Assembly: GCA_963675495.1 (NCBI GenBank)
Contig: OY776215.1
Location: 1,984,001 to 2,048,000 of the forward strand
DNA from: an uncultured Methanolobus sp.
Lineage (GTDB): Archaea > Halobacteriota > Methanosarcinia > Methanosarcinales > Methanosarcinaceae
Direction: 5' to 3'
DNA: 64,000 nt
The notes under the pieces are model-generated. The model saw only the letters and a program-made list of their open reading frames with translations. It was not told the DNA's origin and did no database searches. A program made the translations under genes and the position numbers. This document shows positions 9,326-19,896 of this stretch, piece by piece. Each line of letters begins with the position of its first letter. Positions within the stretch are counted from its first letter, which is position 1.

Positions 9326-10507
9326 TTACTGCCCTGTAACAATACTTCTCTTTTGTAATAACGTCCAAGCGATCAACGCAAGAACACCACATGCCAAAGT
9401 TATGGTTCCCAATACCTTCATGCGCTCCATCCAATCCAGAGATACCAGCCACATACCCACAGCTCCAAGGGTGAAGTATGTGAATATCAACAAAGACGAT
9501 GCTGCTCCTGCATCCTTATGCACTTGTTCCAGCACAAGATGGTTGCTGGGAGGTCTGCTTATACCTATAGAATATGTTACCAAAGCCATTGGTATTGCAA
9601 AGCTCCAGGGTCCATTCTGACCAACTAACAGAATGGCTGCTGCTCCAAGTGTTATTCCTGCAAACCCGGCAGTTATCAGGTATTTGGAGTTCATTTTGTC
9701 TATCAGTTTCAGACATGACATGGACCCTGCCATAAATGCAAGGGAGTTAAAGGCAAAGAAGTAGCTGAAACTCTGCTCGCTCATGCCAAAACCGTTGATG
9801 TAAAGTGCTGATGAACCGGCAATGAAGCTGTATAACGGTAATAGGCTCACAGACATTACAAGGACCATGATGATATAGTTCCTGTTGAGTAGCAGATTTC
9901 CGTAAGAATGCATTACCTTTGAAAGGGGCGTTTTTGAAAACTCTTTTAATGTGTCGGGTGTTCGGATAACTCCCAGAAGGCCTATTATGCCCATTGCTCC
10001 CTGAACTATGAATATCCAGTACCATGTGAGGTATGTCATTATCCATCCTCCTACAATAGGGGCTAACATGGGTGCAAGTGCCATGATCACAGCTATATAA
10101 GCAAGTATTCTCTGTCTTTCTGTTCCTGAGAAGATATCTTTTGTCATAGCCATGGAAATGGATGCACTGGCAGCAGCCCCCGCAGCCTGTAGTATGCGGA
10201 ATAGTATCAATGTGGCTGCACTGTTGGCCATGGCACAAAGAATGCTTGCAAATATGTACAATGTGATACCAGCGATCAAAGGTTTTCGGCGTCCATATCT
10301 GTCTGAGATAGGTCCATAGAAAAGCAGAGAAAATCCATAGGTGGCAAAAAAACAGATGAGTATAAGGTTGACGACTGCAAGGGGCTTGTCCCACAAAAGT
10401 GCAAGTGATGGAATGGCAGGCAGTATCATGTCTGTGGAAAATGCCGGAAAGGCTGTCAAAAGACCTAACAAAGGTACAATGTTTTTTAGTTTTCCAGGAT
10501 TATCCAT
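9326..10507 (-). CDS. Bcr/CflA-family MFS drug efflux transporter
   Basis: STDMILPAIP, GPISDRYGRR, about 12 hydrophobic segments. Confidence 0.9.
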   Translation of the reverse strand: MDNPGKLKNIVPLLGLLTAFPAFSTDMILPAIPSLALLWDKPLAVVNLILICFFATYGFSLLFYGPISDRYGRRKPLIAGITLYIFASILCAMANSAATLILFRILQAAGAAASASISMAMTKDIFSGTERQRILAYIAVIMALAPMLAPIVGGWIMTYLTWYWIFIVQGAMGIIGLLGVIRTPDTLKEFSKTPLSKVMHSYGNLLLNRNYIIMVLVMSVSLLPLYSFIAGSSALYINGFGMSEQSFSYFFAFNSLAFMAGSMSCLKLIDKMNSKYLITAGFAGITLGAAAILLVGQNGPWSFAIPMALVTYSIGISRPPSNHLVLEQVHKDAGAASSLLIFTYFTLGAVGMWLVSLDWMERMKVLGTITLACGVLALIAWTLLQKRSIVTGQ

Positions 10508-10642
10508 AATGAACCTTCTAATTTTATGTTGCCTCTAAAAGCATGAATCGATATAAGTATATTGGGAATCCAATTTACCTATTGTCAATTACTCGTGTCT
10601 ATATGGGCACATACCTGTCTGATTTTGCGAATTGTGGTAATA

Positions 10643-10674
10643 CAAACACAAAAATACTAAAAACCAGATAGTTT
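10643..10674 (+). promoter_or_regulatory. 32-bp element upstream of mutL (copy 2)
   Basis: CAAACACAAAAATACTAAAAACCAGATAGTTT; matches 6553-6584. Confidence 0.7.
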
Positions 10675-10716
10675 CCCGTAAAGATTTCAGAGATACTTGT
10701 GGACAGGAAGTAGAAA

Positions 10717-12609
10717 ATGACAGATAAAGCATGTGATATCAGGGGTCCAAGAATAACATTACTGGATGAGTCCACGATCAACAAAATAGCAGCAGGAGAA
10801 GTTATAGAGCGGCCTGCTTCTGTAGTTAAGGAGTTGATTGAAAACTCCGTTGATGCTCATGCGTCCGATGTTCGAGTGGAAATAGGGGGGTATGGCACGA
10901 AAAGCATTCTGGTTGTGGACAATGGTGTCGGAATGAGTCATACGGATGCATCCCTCTCCTTTAAAAAGCATGCGACCAGCAAAATTAGCGCTATCGAGGA
11001 CCTTGATAGCATTCTCACAATGGGTTTTAGGGGGGAAGCTCTGGCTTCCATTGCTTCGGTGGCAAGAGTGGAACTTGTCACCCGACAGGAGGGTGAGATC
11101 GCGGGCACGAAGGTTGTTGTCGATAGCAGTGGAATTAAAAGTATAACTTCTGCAGGCACTGCCGTGGGGACCAGTATACTTGTCAATGACCTGTTCTACA
11201 GTACGCCTGCCCGTAAGAAATATCTTAAAAGTGCTAGGACGGAACTTGCACACATTATCGATGTAGTTTCCAGGAATTCACTTGCACATTCAGATGTCTC
11301 ATTCACTCTAGTGGTGGATGGTAAGGTGACACTCAGGTCCCCTTCATCGGCTAAAATGCTGGATAGTATCGTACATCTTTACGGTGCTGATGTCGCACGT
11401 TCTCTTGTTCCAGTGGAATTTGAGTCGGATTTGATTACTATTTCCGGCTATATTTCAAAGCCGGAACTCACAAGGAGCGGAAAGGACCTGCAGGTGTTTT
11501 TCATTAATGGAAGGTCTATCTTTTCAAATCAGATCAGCAATGCTGTAAGGCTTGGATACTATACTCTGCTTCCTAAAGGGCGCTATCCTGCGGCTTTTCT
11601 TAATTTCATGATCGACCCGGTCAATGTGGATGTGAATGTGCATCCTGCAAAAAGAGAGGTCAGGCTGAGCCATGAAAAAGAGATTGAAGCTATGGTTATT
11701 TCTGCCGTTGAGGATGCTCTTGGAAAAGAATCACTGGTTCCTGAAATACAGGTTAAGAAGGATGTGCCTGTCCAGGTTTATTTATCTGAACCTAAAGTGA
11801 AAGAAGAAGAGGAATCTGTTAGAACATCGGATAAGCCTGATGGATCTGATACTGTTGAAGACGAGCCTTACATTTCAGGTTCATTGCAGGACATTTCACC
11901 ACAGGATGCTGTTATCAAAGAAAACAAAGAACCTTACCACTATCCTGCAAAGGACACCCAGAAACGGCTGAAGAAGAGTGAAAGGTTGCAGATGAGTGTA
12001 ACTTCCAATGAAGTGGTGGAACTTAGCAGTTCTTTTAAGCCATCTGATGTGAAGGTGTACGGTCAGTACGCTGATCTTTACATAATCAGTGAGATGGATG
12101 GCAAACTCATTCTCATTGACCAGCATGCTGCACATGAGCGCATTATGTATGAAGAAGTGCTCAGGATGCAGGACATGGGGTGGCAGGAACTTATTACACC
12201 TGTGACACTTGATCTGAGCCAGAAGGAAAAAGCCATAATCGAAGATTTCATTCCTGATCTGGAAAATATAGGTTTTTCAATTTCTGAATTTGGTCCGAAG
12301 AGTTATGTAGTTACAACGGTTCCGAGTATTTTTGGGAAGCTTGAGGATACTGATGTCATTCACGATATTATCTCAGACCTCCTGTCCACCGGAAGGGTGA
12401 AAGAGGACACCGAGAGGTATGATCTCCTTTGTAGCACAATGGCATGCAGGGCAGCTATCAAGGCAGGTGCGGTGTGCAGTGCAAAACAGATGGAAGAACT
12501 TATTCGCCAGTTGATGCATTGTAGCAACCCATATACATGTCCGCATGGTCGCCCTACTATGATTTCCTTTACTAAAGATGAACTGGCAAAGCTCTTTAAA
12601 AGGACCTGA
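10717..12609 (+). CDS. mutL: DNA mismatch repair endonuclease MutL
   Basis: IAAGEVIERPASVVKEL, GFRGEAL, DVNVHPAK, endonuclease motifs DQHAAHERIMYE, ACR and CPHGRP. Confidence 0.98.
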   Translation: MTDKACDIRGPRITLLDESTINKIAAGEVIERPASVVKELIENSVDAHASDVRVEIGGYGTKSILVVDNGVGMSHTDASLSFKKHATSKISAIEDLDSILTMGFRGEALASIASVARVELVTRQEGEIAGTKVVVDSSGIKSITSAGTAVGTSILVNDLFYSTPARKKYLKSARTELAHIIDVVSRNSLAHSDVSFTLVVDGKVTLRSPSSAKMLDSIVHLYGADVARSLVPVEFESDLITISGYISKPELTRSGKDLQVFFINGRSIFSNQISNAVRLGYYTLLPKGRYPAAFLNFMIDPVNVDVNVHPAKREVRLSHEKEIEAMVISAVEDALGKESLVPEIQVKKDVPVQVYLSEPKVKEEEESVRTSDKPDGSDTVEDEPYISGSLQDISPQDAVIKENKEPYHYPAKDTQKRLKKSERLQMSVTSNEVVELSSSFKPSDVKVYGQYADLYIISEMDGKLILIDQHAAHERIMYEEVLRMQDMGWQELITPVTLDLSQKEKAIIEDFIPDLENIGFSISEFGPKSYVVTTVPSIFGKLEDTDVIHDIISDLLSTGRVKEDTERYDLLCSTMACRAAIKAGAVCSAKQMEELIRQLMHCSNPYTCPHGRPTMISFTKDELAKLFKRT

Positions 12610-12653
12610 TAGAGTCGGTAGATTTTAAAAGTATTAATTACAATTGACCAGAG

Positions 12654-13664
12654 ATGATCGACCCGGTAAATAAATCAAAGATACCAGACGAGTGGCTGGA
12701 TCGCTCAAAGATGCCACGTGATGAGCTGGAAGAAGGTATAAAGAACGGAATGCTTGTAGTTCTAAGTGATGGTTCTGTACTGAAAAGAGGATATACTACC
12801 GGGACCACTGCAGCAATGGCTGCAAAGGCATCAGTTCTTTCCATTGCAGGTGAGGTCACACATATTTCTGTACCAACATCAGTGGGACTCCGTGCAGAGA
12901 TGGATGTCAAAGGCAACAAGGGGCATGCTGTTGCAATAAAAATGAATAACGATCACGAATCTGATATTACCAGGGGTCTTGAGTTCGCTGCTGATGCCAG
13001 GGAAGCAGATGGGATTACTGTTTATGCAGGTGAAGGAATAGGTATTGTCACCCGCAGTGGCCTGGAATCAAAAAAAGGTCATCCGGCAATCAATCCTCAT
13101 CCCATGGAACAGATAAAAGCCTCAATTGCCGAAGCTGTTGAAGAACTTGGGCTCAAAGGGGCAGAAGTTACCATTTATCTCCCACACGGCAAAGAAATAG
13201 CAAAAGAGACCCTTAACAGCCGTATCGGCATCATTGATGGGATCTCTATTCTTGGCAGTACAGGATTTGTGGAGCCATGGAATGATCACCTTGGCGAGAT
13301 GAAAGGTGATCTTATCAGACATTCTGACAAGGTAGTGCTTACAACCGGAAGAGTGGGTATCCGTTACTCTACCATGCTCTTTCCTGATCACACTGTTGTA
13401 CTTGCCGGAAGTCGTATATCTGAAGCACTTGATGCAGCTCATGGTGATGTTGTCATTTGCGGACTTCCCGGTCTTGTTTTGAAATGGGGAAATCCTGATA
13501 TGCTGAAGGGCAGTGGCTTTGCCACAGTTGTTGAAATGCTTGATATTGATCCGCAGAACCAGCGTCTGAAACAGGCTTTTAATATGGCTGTGGAAAAAGG
13601 CAATGGTGCCCGTATTGTTGTTGTTGACAGGGATGGAACTGTTTTGATGGATAGCGGGGAATAA
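12654..13664 (+). CDS. cbiD: Cobalt-precorrin-5B C1-methyltransferase
   Basis: [40 protein letters not shown]. Confidence 0.93.
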   Translation: MIDPVNKSKIPDEWLDRSKMPRDELEEGIKNGMLVVLSDGSVLKRGYTTGTTAAMAAKASVLSIAGEVTHISVPTSVGLRAEMDVKGNKGHAVAIKMNNDHESDITRGLEFAADAREADGITVYAGEGIGIVTRSGLESKKGHPAINPHPMEQIKASIAEAVEELGLKGAEVTIYLPHGKEIAKETLNSRIGIIDGISILGSTGFVEPWNDHLGEMKGDLIRHSDKVVLTTGRVGIRYSTMLFPDHTVVLAGSRISEALDAAHGDVVICGLPGLVLKWGNPDMLKGSGFATVVEMLDIDPQNQRLKQAFNMAVEKGNGARIVVVDRDGTVLMDSGE

Positions 13665-13666
13665 AC

Positions 13667-14248
13667 ATGATAATAGTGGGTGTCGGTGTCGGACCTAAAA
13701 TGCTGACCCAGGAAGCCATAGAAGTAATCAGCAATGCTTCTGTTGTGTATGGTTCCAGACGCTCCATCGAACTTGCGGAAGAATTCATAAAATGTGAATC
13801 TCTTCTGATCAAGGATTACAAGAACCTTCATCTTTTACCTGAAGATGCTGTTATTTTGTCCACAGGTGATCCTATGTTCTCAGGGCTTGGTAAATTTGCC
13901 ACAGAGAATGACAGGGTTGTTACAGGCGTATCTTCAATACAGGCAGCATGTTCACGTTTTCATGTGGAGATGTCAAACCTTGCTCTTATCACTGCACATG
14001 GCAGGGATCCTGCTCCGGCAAAAGAGGCTTTCATAAGGGAAATTAGCCTGGGAAAGAACATCTTTCTGCTTCCAGCTGACAGTTTTGGCCCAAAGGAAGT
14101 TGCTGCAGTTCTTCAGGAAATGAGTGTAGATGCTCGTATATGCATCTACGAGGATATAGGATATCCTCACGAACGTGCGGTATGCGGTACAGTGGATGAA
14201 CCACCGGAGAATCACTCTGATATGTACTGTATTGTGATTGTACGTTAA
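13667..14248 (+). CDS. cbiE: Cobalt-precorrin-7 C5-methyltransferase
   Basis: IVGVGVGP, LSTGDPMFSGLG, GVSSIQAA; adjacent to cbiD. Confidence 0.85.
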   Translation: MIIVGVGVGPKMLTQEAIEVISNASVVYGSRRSIELAEEFIKCESLLIKDYKNLHLLPEDAVILSTGDPMFSGLGKFATENDRVVTGVSSIQAACSRFHVEMSNLALITAHGRDPAPAKEAFIREISLGKNIFLLPADSFGPKEVAAVLQEMSVDARICIYEDIGYPHERAVCGTVDEPPENHSDMYCIVIVR

Positions 14249-14543
14249 ATCGTTTCAAAAAACTTATTTTTTTGTAGCTACACAATTTATTCTGTTTTAA
14301 TTGTTTTCTCATATTGTTTTCTTCATGGGTGTGTTTTAGTAACAGAATGTATCTCATGTGGTAATTACAATGTATAAATCTCTATATGGGTGTTATCTTT
14401 CAAGGTAAGAATGCTAATCTCTGGTGCGAATCGTTATGTTTATGTACCATAACATATTACATCCATTATCCAAAACAAATTAAGTTGATTATGTATGGTA
14501 CTCTTATTGATTTATGGTGATTAAAAATGGAAGGTGACAATTA

Positions 14544-15239
14544 ATGCATATATTTGAAGGTTTTCTACCATCTCCTTGGTGGCAGGCATGGTTTGTAATA
14601 TCTATTCCTGTGATATTGTATGGCATGTATAAGATGAACAAACTTGTCAGTGAAAGGCGTGAGGTTGTACCTCTGCTCGCTGTCGCTGGAGCATTCATAT
14701 TCGTTCTTTCATCTCTGAAACTTCCTTCAGTAACCGGAAGTTCTTCTCATCCTACGGGAACTGGAATGGCAGCTATCCTATTTGGACCGGCAATCACGGC
14801 TGTTCTTGGTGTTATCGTTCTTATCTATCAGGCAATTTTCCTGGCACATGGTGGTATAACAACTCTTGGTGCAAATGCTGCATCCATGGCAATAATTGGT
14901 CCTCTGGTTGCTTTCCTTTTCTATAAGGCAGCATCAAAAGCAGGAATGAATTTTTACCTGAATGTTTTCCTTGCAACTGCAATTGCAGATTGGGTTACTT
15001 ATGTCATAACTTCTCTTCAATTGGCGCTGGCTTTCCCTTCGGCGAGTGGTGGCGTATTGGCATCGTTCATAGCATTCGGTGGAATATTTGCAACAACCCA
15101 GGTGCCATTGGCAATACTGGAAGGAGCTCTTACAGCACTTATCATGAAATACGTGGTTCAGATCAAGAGTGATGTACTGGTAGATCTCAATGTACTTACC
15201 ACAACAACTGTTGCAAAACTCAAGGAGGCAATGCAATGA
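14544..15239 (+). CDS. cbiM: ECF cobalt transporter S component
   Basis: N-terminal MHIFEGFL and GSSSHPTG. Confidence 0.95.
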   Translation: MHIFEGFLPSPWWQAWFVISIPVILYGMYKMNKLVSERREVVPLLAVAGAFIFVLSSLKLPSVTGSSSHPTGTGMAAILFGPAITAVLGVIVLIYQAIFLAHGGITTLGANAASMAIIGPLVAFLFYKAASKAGMNFYLNVFLATAIADWVTYVITSLQLALAFPSASGGVLASFIAFGGIFATTQVPLAILEGALTALIMKYVVQIKSDVLVDLNVLTTTTVAKLKEAMQ

Positions 15240-15529
15240 AACTGGAGTATATTGTAGCTATTGTAGTATTGCTCTTCGCTGCACAGTTCTTCTATGGTGT
15301 TTCAGCAAATCCTGACTCCGAATTTGGCGGTGCTGACGGTGCAGCCGGTGATTTTGTCTCTGAAATATCTCCTGGCTATGAGCCTGCAGAACCATGGTTC
15401 GCTGATTATTTGTTTGAGCCACCAGGTGGAGAAACAGAAAGTTTGCTCTTTGCGCTTCAGGCTGCCTTTGGTGCGATTGTAATCGGATATACAATTGGTT
15501 ACTATAAGGGAAAAGGCCAAAATAATTAA
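15236..15529 (+). CDS. cbiN: Cobalt transport protein CbiN
   Basis: FGGADG, EPPGGETESLLFALQAAFGA; ATGA overlap with cbiM. Confidence 0.95.
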   Translation: MKLEYIVAIVVLLFAAQFFYGVSANPDSEFGGADGAAGDFVSEISPGYEPAEPWFADYLFEPPGGETESLLFALQAAFGAIVIGYTIGYYKGKGQNN

Positions 15530-15536
15530 TCTCTAA

Positions 15537-15580
15537 TGTGCTTCTCTGAAGAAGCACAAATCTCTTTTTTATTTTCATTT
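15537..15580 (+). terminator. Hairpin plus T-tract between cbiN and cbiQ
   Basis: TGTGCTTCT-CTGA-AGAAGCACA followed by T runs. Confidence 0.55.
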
Positions 15581-15762
15581 TATTTTTATCGGATGCTTCG
15601 GACACTTTTTTTGAAGGTGTTATGTTTTATGGCAATAATCATAATTACCAATACTTAAAAACGAAATGCTTATGTATGAGGCTCTATATCATATTTGGTT
15701 ACGTCTATGACTTTAAGTGATATGGTCAATTCAAATTGATTTATATTTGGTTGGTTCAAAAA

Positions 15763-16545
15763 ATGGCACATATGCTTGATGACTATGCTGTAATGAGTCC
15801 GCTTAGATACAAGAACAACTGGCTTAAGGTAGCTATTGTTACTTTCGGCCTTCTTGTGGGTGTTTCTTCTAATTCTCCGTTGGTTCCTTTTCTTATAGCT
15901 CTATGCATGAGTTTTGCAACTATCTATTTCGGGAAGATACCTGTTTCTTTCTATCTCAAAATACTGGCTGCACCAGCAGGATTTGTTCTTGTGAGTGCTG
16001 TCATAATAGCATTTTTTTTCGGGGAAGGTGCTAAATTATTTTCGTTTGATCTATTTGGTTTTACACTTGGTGTGAGCCCTGCGGGTCTTAACATGGCTCT
16101 TTTGGTGCTTGCACGTACTTTGGGTGGCATGTCCTGTCTGTTCTTTCTGTCACTTACCACTCCTATGATCGAACTGTTCTCAGTTTTGAAAGCCACAAGA
16201 CTTCCAGACTCATTTATTGAGGTATCTATGATGATGTATCGCTACATTTTCGTCTTCCTTGATGTGGCAATAGGTGTGCAGTATGCACAATCGGTCAGGC
16301 TGGGCTATAAGGATTTCAAAACATCTTTCAGATCAATGGTTATGTTGGGCAGCAATCTTTTCATAAGGTCCTGGGAACAAGGTGAAAAGATATATGTATC
16401 AATGAACTCACGATGTTATGATGGAAAATTGATAATGCTTGATGAAAAACGACCTGTTAAGAAGCCCGAGGCCATACTAACTATGGGCTATTTTGTATTT
16501 GTTATCCTTGTTTTCTACTTTAGCAGGGGACTATCCGTTTTTTGA
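15763..16545 (+). CDS. cbiQ: ECF cobalt transporter T component
   Basis: LSLTTPM, MMYRYIFV, SVRLGY, SRCYDG. Confidence 0.92.
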   Translation: MAHMLDDYAVMSPLRYKNNWLKVAIVTFGLLVGVSSNSPLVPFLIALCMSFATIYFGKIPVSFYLKILAAPAGFVLVSAVIIAFFFGEGAKLFSFDLFGFTLGVSPAGLNMALLVLARTLGGMSCLFFLSLTTPMIELFSVLKATRLPDSFIEVSMMMYRYIFVFLDVAIGVQYAQSVRLGYKDFKTSFRSMVMLGSNLFIRSWEQGEKIYVSMNSRCYDGKLIMLDEKRPVKKPEAILTMGYFVFVILVFYFSRGLSVF

Positions 16546-16554
16546 GGTGAGAAA

Positions 16555-17907
16555 ATGGCTGTACTAGAAACAAAGAATCTTAGTTTTTCTTATCCAGATG
16601 GCACTCTTGCTCTTGATAATATTAACGTCACAATTGAAAAAGGTAAAAAAATAGCATTTGTTGGACGTAATGGTTCGGGGAAATCCACTCTGTTTCTCAC
16701 AATGAATGGAACTCACCGGCCAAAAAAAGGGGATATACTTTTTCATGGTAAACCCATGAAATATGATTCAAAATCTCTCAGGGAAGTAAGAAAAAATATT
16801 GGAATTGTCTTCCAGAACTCAGATGATCAGATATTTGCTCCTACTATCTATCAGGATGTTGCTTTTGGACCCACTAACCTTGGTTACTCCAAGGACAAGG
16901 TGGAATCCATTGTTCATAAAACCCTTGAATATGTTGGTTTGATGGACCTTAAAGATAAGCCTCCTCATCATTTGAGTGGGGGGCAGAAAAAAAGAGTTGC
17001 TATTGCAGGTATTGTTGCAATGGATCCTGAGATTATCATTCTCGATGAACCCCTTGCAAATCTGGATCCGGTAGGTGCAGATGAGGTGATGGATCTGCTC
17101 AATGAATTGAACTATTTTGGCAAGACCATTATTATTTCAACACATGATGTAAATCTTGCTTATGGCTGGGCAGACTATGTTTTTTTGATGAACGAACATA
17201 AGATCATCAGTGAAGGTACACCTGAAGCAATTTTCATGCAGGATGATAACTTAAAGGCTGCCTATCTCAGAAGGCCTGTTACTCTTGAGATATACGAGGA
17301 AATCAAAAGGCGAGGTATGGTTAAACCTGAGTGCTGTCCTCGTGACATACCTGACCTTGTCCATTCTTTGCGTACACAGCAATTATTATGGGCAAAAGTT
17401 CCATCTGAGGTAAAAGAAGGGGACTACATCAATCTTGGTATACTCTATGGTGCATATGCACCCGAGTCTGGTTATGAAGCTGCAAACTGCAAGGTTCTCC
17501 ACCTTTATGATGATGGTCTTGCAATTGTCGAAATGGACAGGAGGCCTTATAGAGCGGGATCCATTGGTATCTATAATATGGAAAGTTACTCCAAAGAGAA
17601 TCTGCTGGATCTGATAGACCGGGATGAGATCGAATGTATTGGTGCCATGGGTAAGAGGAGCAAGGTTCTGGCTGAGCGGGATGATATATACCTTGACGTG
17701 ACTGCAGGCGTGGTCGACCGTTCCATTCTTAATTCATTGGCTGGTCAGAGGTGCCTTATACTGACAAATGGTGGTATGGTATACCATGCACTGGAAAGAA
17801 TTCAATCCTACATGGATAAGAGTGGGATTAATATTCCTGTAAGCGTCGTAAATTTCAAACAAAAAACATCTGATGTACAGGATGCTAGTGATGAGGTACT
17901 GACTTGA
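16555..17907 (+). CDS. cbiO: ECF ATPase CbiO with C-terminal extension
   Basis: [37 protein letters not shown]; about 190 extra C-terminal residues. Confidence 0.92.
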   Translation: MAVLETKNLSFSYPDGTLALDNINVTIEKGKKIAFVGRNGSGKSTLFLTMNGTHRPKKGDILFHGKPMKYDSKSLREVRKNIGIVFQNSDDQIFAPTIYQDVAFGPTNLGYSKDKVESIVHKTLEYVGLMDLKDKPPHHLSGGQKKRVAIAGIVAMDPEIIILDEPLANLDPVGADEVMDLLNELNYFGKTIIISTHDVNLAYGWADYVFLMNEHKIISEGTPEAIFMQDDNLKAAYLRRPVTLEIYEEIKRRGMVKPECCPRDIPDLVHSLRTQQLLWAKVPSEVKEGDYINLGILYGAYAPESGYEAANCKVLHLYDDGLAIVEMDRRPYRAGSIGIYNMESYSKENLLDLIDRDEIECIGAMGKRSKVLAERDDIYLDVTAGVVDRSILNSLAGQRCLILTNGGMVYHALERIQSYMDKSGINIPVSVVNFKQKTSDVQDASDEVLT

Positions 17908-17937
17908 TGTCAGGTCACATCTTCTTTTGCTAATTCT

Positions 17938-18549
17938 TTAGTTTTCTACAATACGATGTATTATTTTTTGTTTGGGCAAGTCCTTTTCGAGATTCAATCC
18001 AACAAGAAAACTTCCAACATGTGATTTATTTTCAAAGGGTATTTTGGATTTGATATAGTTGTCAGTTAATCTGGATGGCGATGCAATCAAGGCTTCAGTA
18101 ACATAGTCCATATTTTCAAGTTTCTTCCAAGGCTTTCCACAAATTTCCATAATTGGCGGTTCATTTGTATTCTTTAATTCTCTCATTTTTTGATAATTGA
18201 TGACTATATTTCCGAATACACAATGTTCATGTGAATTTTTATATCTGTTAATGTCAGTAAGATCACTGATGTCTTTACCAATAATTTCTCCCTGATGAAT
18301 GATTCTCAGGTTATCCTTTGGCCAATCGTAATCTTTGTTTGTCAAAAAAGCTATCAATATATCCGCTCTGAGAGCTTGATTGACTCCAATATTATGTTTT
18401 TTACCAAAATAAAGCGAATTCATTTGTTTATCTTTTTCTTCAAGTTTCAGTATTTGTTTGATATCATATTCACTGAGAAGAAAAGTGCTTTCAACTCCCT
18501 TTGTAATGTGGATCAATTCTATGGCTTTTTTAGCTACTAATGAATACAA
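17938..18549 (-). CDS. Hypothetical protein
   Basis: 203-aa ORF in AT-rich DNA; TTG start with GGAG upstream; start uncertain. Confidence 0.65.
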   Translation of the reverse strand: MYSLVAKKAIELIHITKGVESTFLLSEYDIKQILKLEEKDKQMNSLYFGKKHNIGVNQALRADILIAFLTNKDYDWPKDNLRIIHQGEIIGKDISDLTDINRYKNSHEHCVFGNIVINYQKMRELKNTNEPPIMEICGKPWKKLENMDYVTEALIASPSRLTDNYIKSKIPFENKSHVGSFLVGLNLEKDLPKQKIIHRIVEN

Positions 18550-19018
18550 AGTATCTTTATCTCCGGGTATGTTCGGTTACTTGTTTCTGAGGACTTTATC
18601 TTTTTCAGTATAGTTTGCAGATGTCTTCTTTTCATGAAAATTGGATGTCTGCTATTTTTTTGTGCACTATGATTTATCAAGTAAAAATGATTTAGCTCAA
18701 CATTACTTGTTTTAATCTAAGTTAAATTTTATTGCATATAAATTAATCTGCTAACACAGATTCTGCAGAGATAATCTGCATTAAAGCATCACATATAGGA
18801 TTGATCTAGATTTTGACCTATATTTGTGGTTGACAATTCATGAATTAAAAATTGTTATTTTAATCCCTAATGTGGCTTCTGAAATAATCCATAAAGTTTT
18901 AGATGCCATAAATACCTATTAGAGTAAATTAAAAAAGTAGTGCCCAAGTGATTCTTGAACACTTGCATATGTAAAAACAGGATCATGCGGTAATTTGCAT
19001 GATCGGGATATTTCACTT

Positions 19019-19213
19019 TTATACCTTGACAGCTAAAAGTGAAAGACCGAGTTTTTCTTCAGCTTCTTCGATCTGCTTAAGATCCTCAGTTGTGAGTTCT
19101 ACATTTTTAATATCCTGCCCTGAAAAAGCCAATAGTGTGACGTTTAGCTTACTCTCAAGTTCTTCTATAGTCTTTACTTTTGATTCATCGATTTTTGAAT
19201 AACTCCATAACAT
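19019..19213 (-). CDS. Small protein with an internal duplication
   Basis: GGAG RBS; two similar halves, IEELESKLNVTLLAF and IEEAEEKLGLSLLAV. Confidence 0.75.
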   Translation of the reverse strand: MLWSYSKIDESKVKTIEELESKLNVTLLAFSGQDIKNVELTTEDLKQIEEAEEKLGLSLLAVKV

Positions 19214-19896
19214 TTTATTTCTCTCCATAGCGTGTAATGCTGGCTAATATCAATTACTCGGCTATAAAAAGTTTACTATCACTATTCTTTTATGATTGAA
19301 ACCATTATTTTAAAAGCTAATATTTTTTTTACTTCTATGTTTAAACATCTGGGTATTGGATGACATTATTACTTTTAAAAGCTGAAGACATTTGATATAA
19401 TGTGATACTTATTTTAAAAATAAGTATATACAATCCTATATTTAGTTAAAGCATTTTTTTTTCTAATCAGCATCTTCCTGATTATTTTTGTATGTTCTGG
19501 TCAAATTTATCTATTCGCAACAGTGATCTTTTACGGGACAACTCAGTGTGGATATTATGTGTTATTAAAATAATAGAAATAGCACTAAATTATACTATAC
19601 ATTCATCGTGCATGTTATATGTGCTTGAATGCTATCTGCTATTATGATTACTAAATTATGAAGTCATTGATGCTGATTAACCTGTTATTGTCAATCGATT
19701 TCGTTTTTTTTATTTGTTTTTTGCAATCTTTAAAATCAACATTGGATACTATTCTTTCAGTCTAGTGTTACTTTGAGGGCATTTTTTAACATACTAATTC
19801 ACAAGCTATATATATACTAAACATAAATTAGTATTACGAACAACTACTAACACTTGTTTGTATTTATATATTTTTACATTATAGGGGTAATCGATC

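Noticed and set aside
14400-14445. Cobalamin riboswitch upstream of cbiM (GGTGCGAATC)
   Set aside because: Only a short fragment matches; no B12 box or supporting helices are seen.
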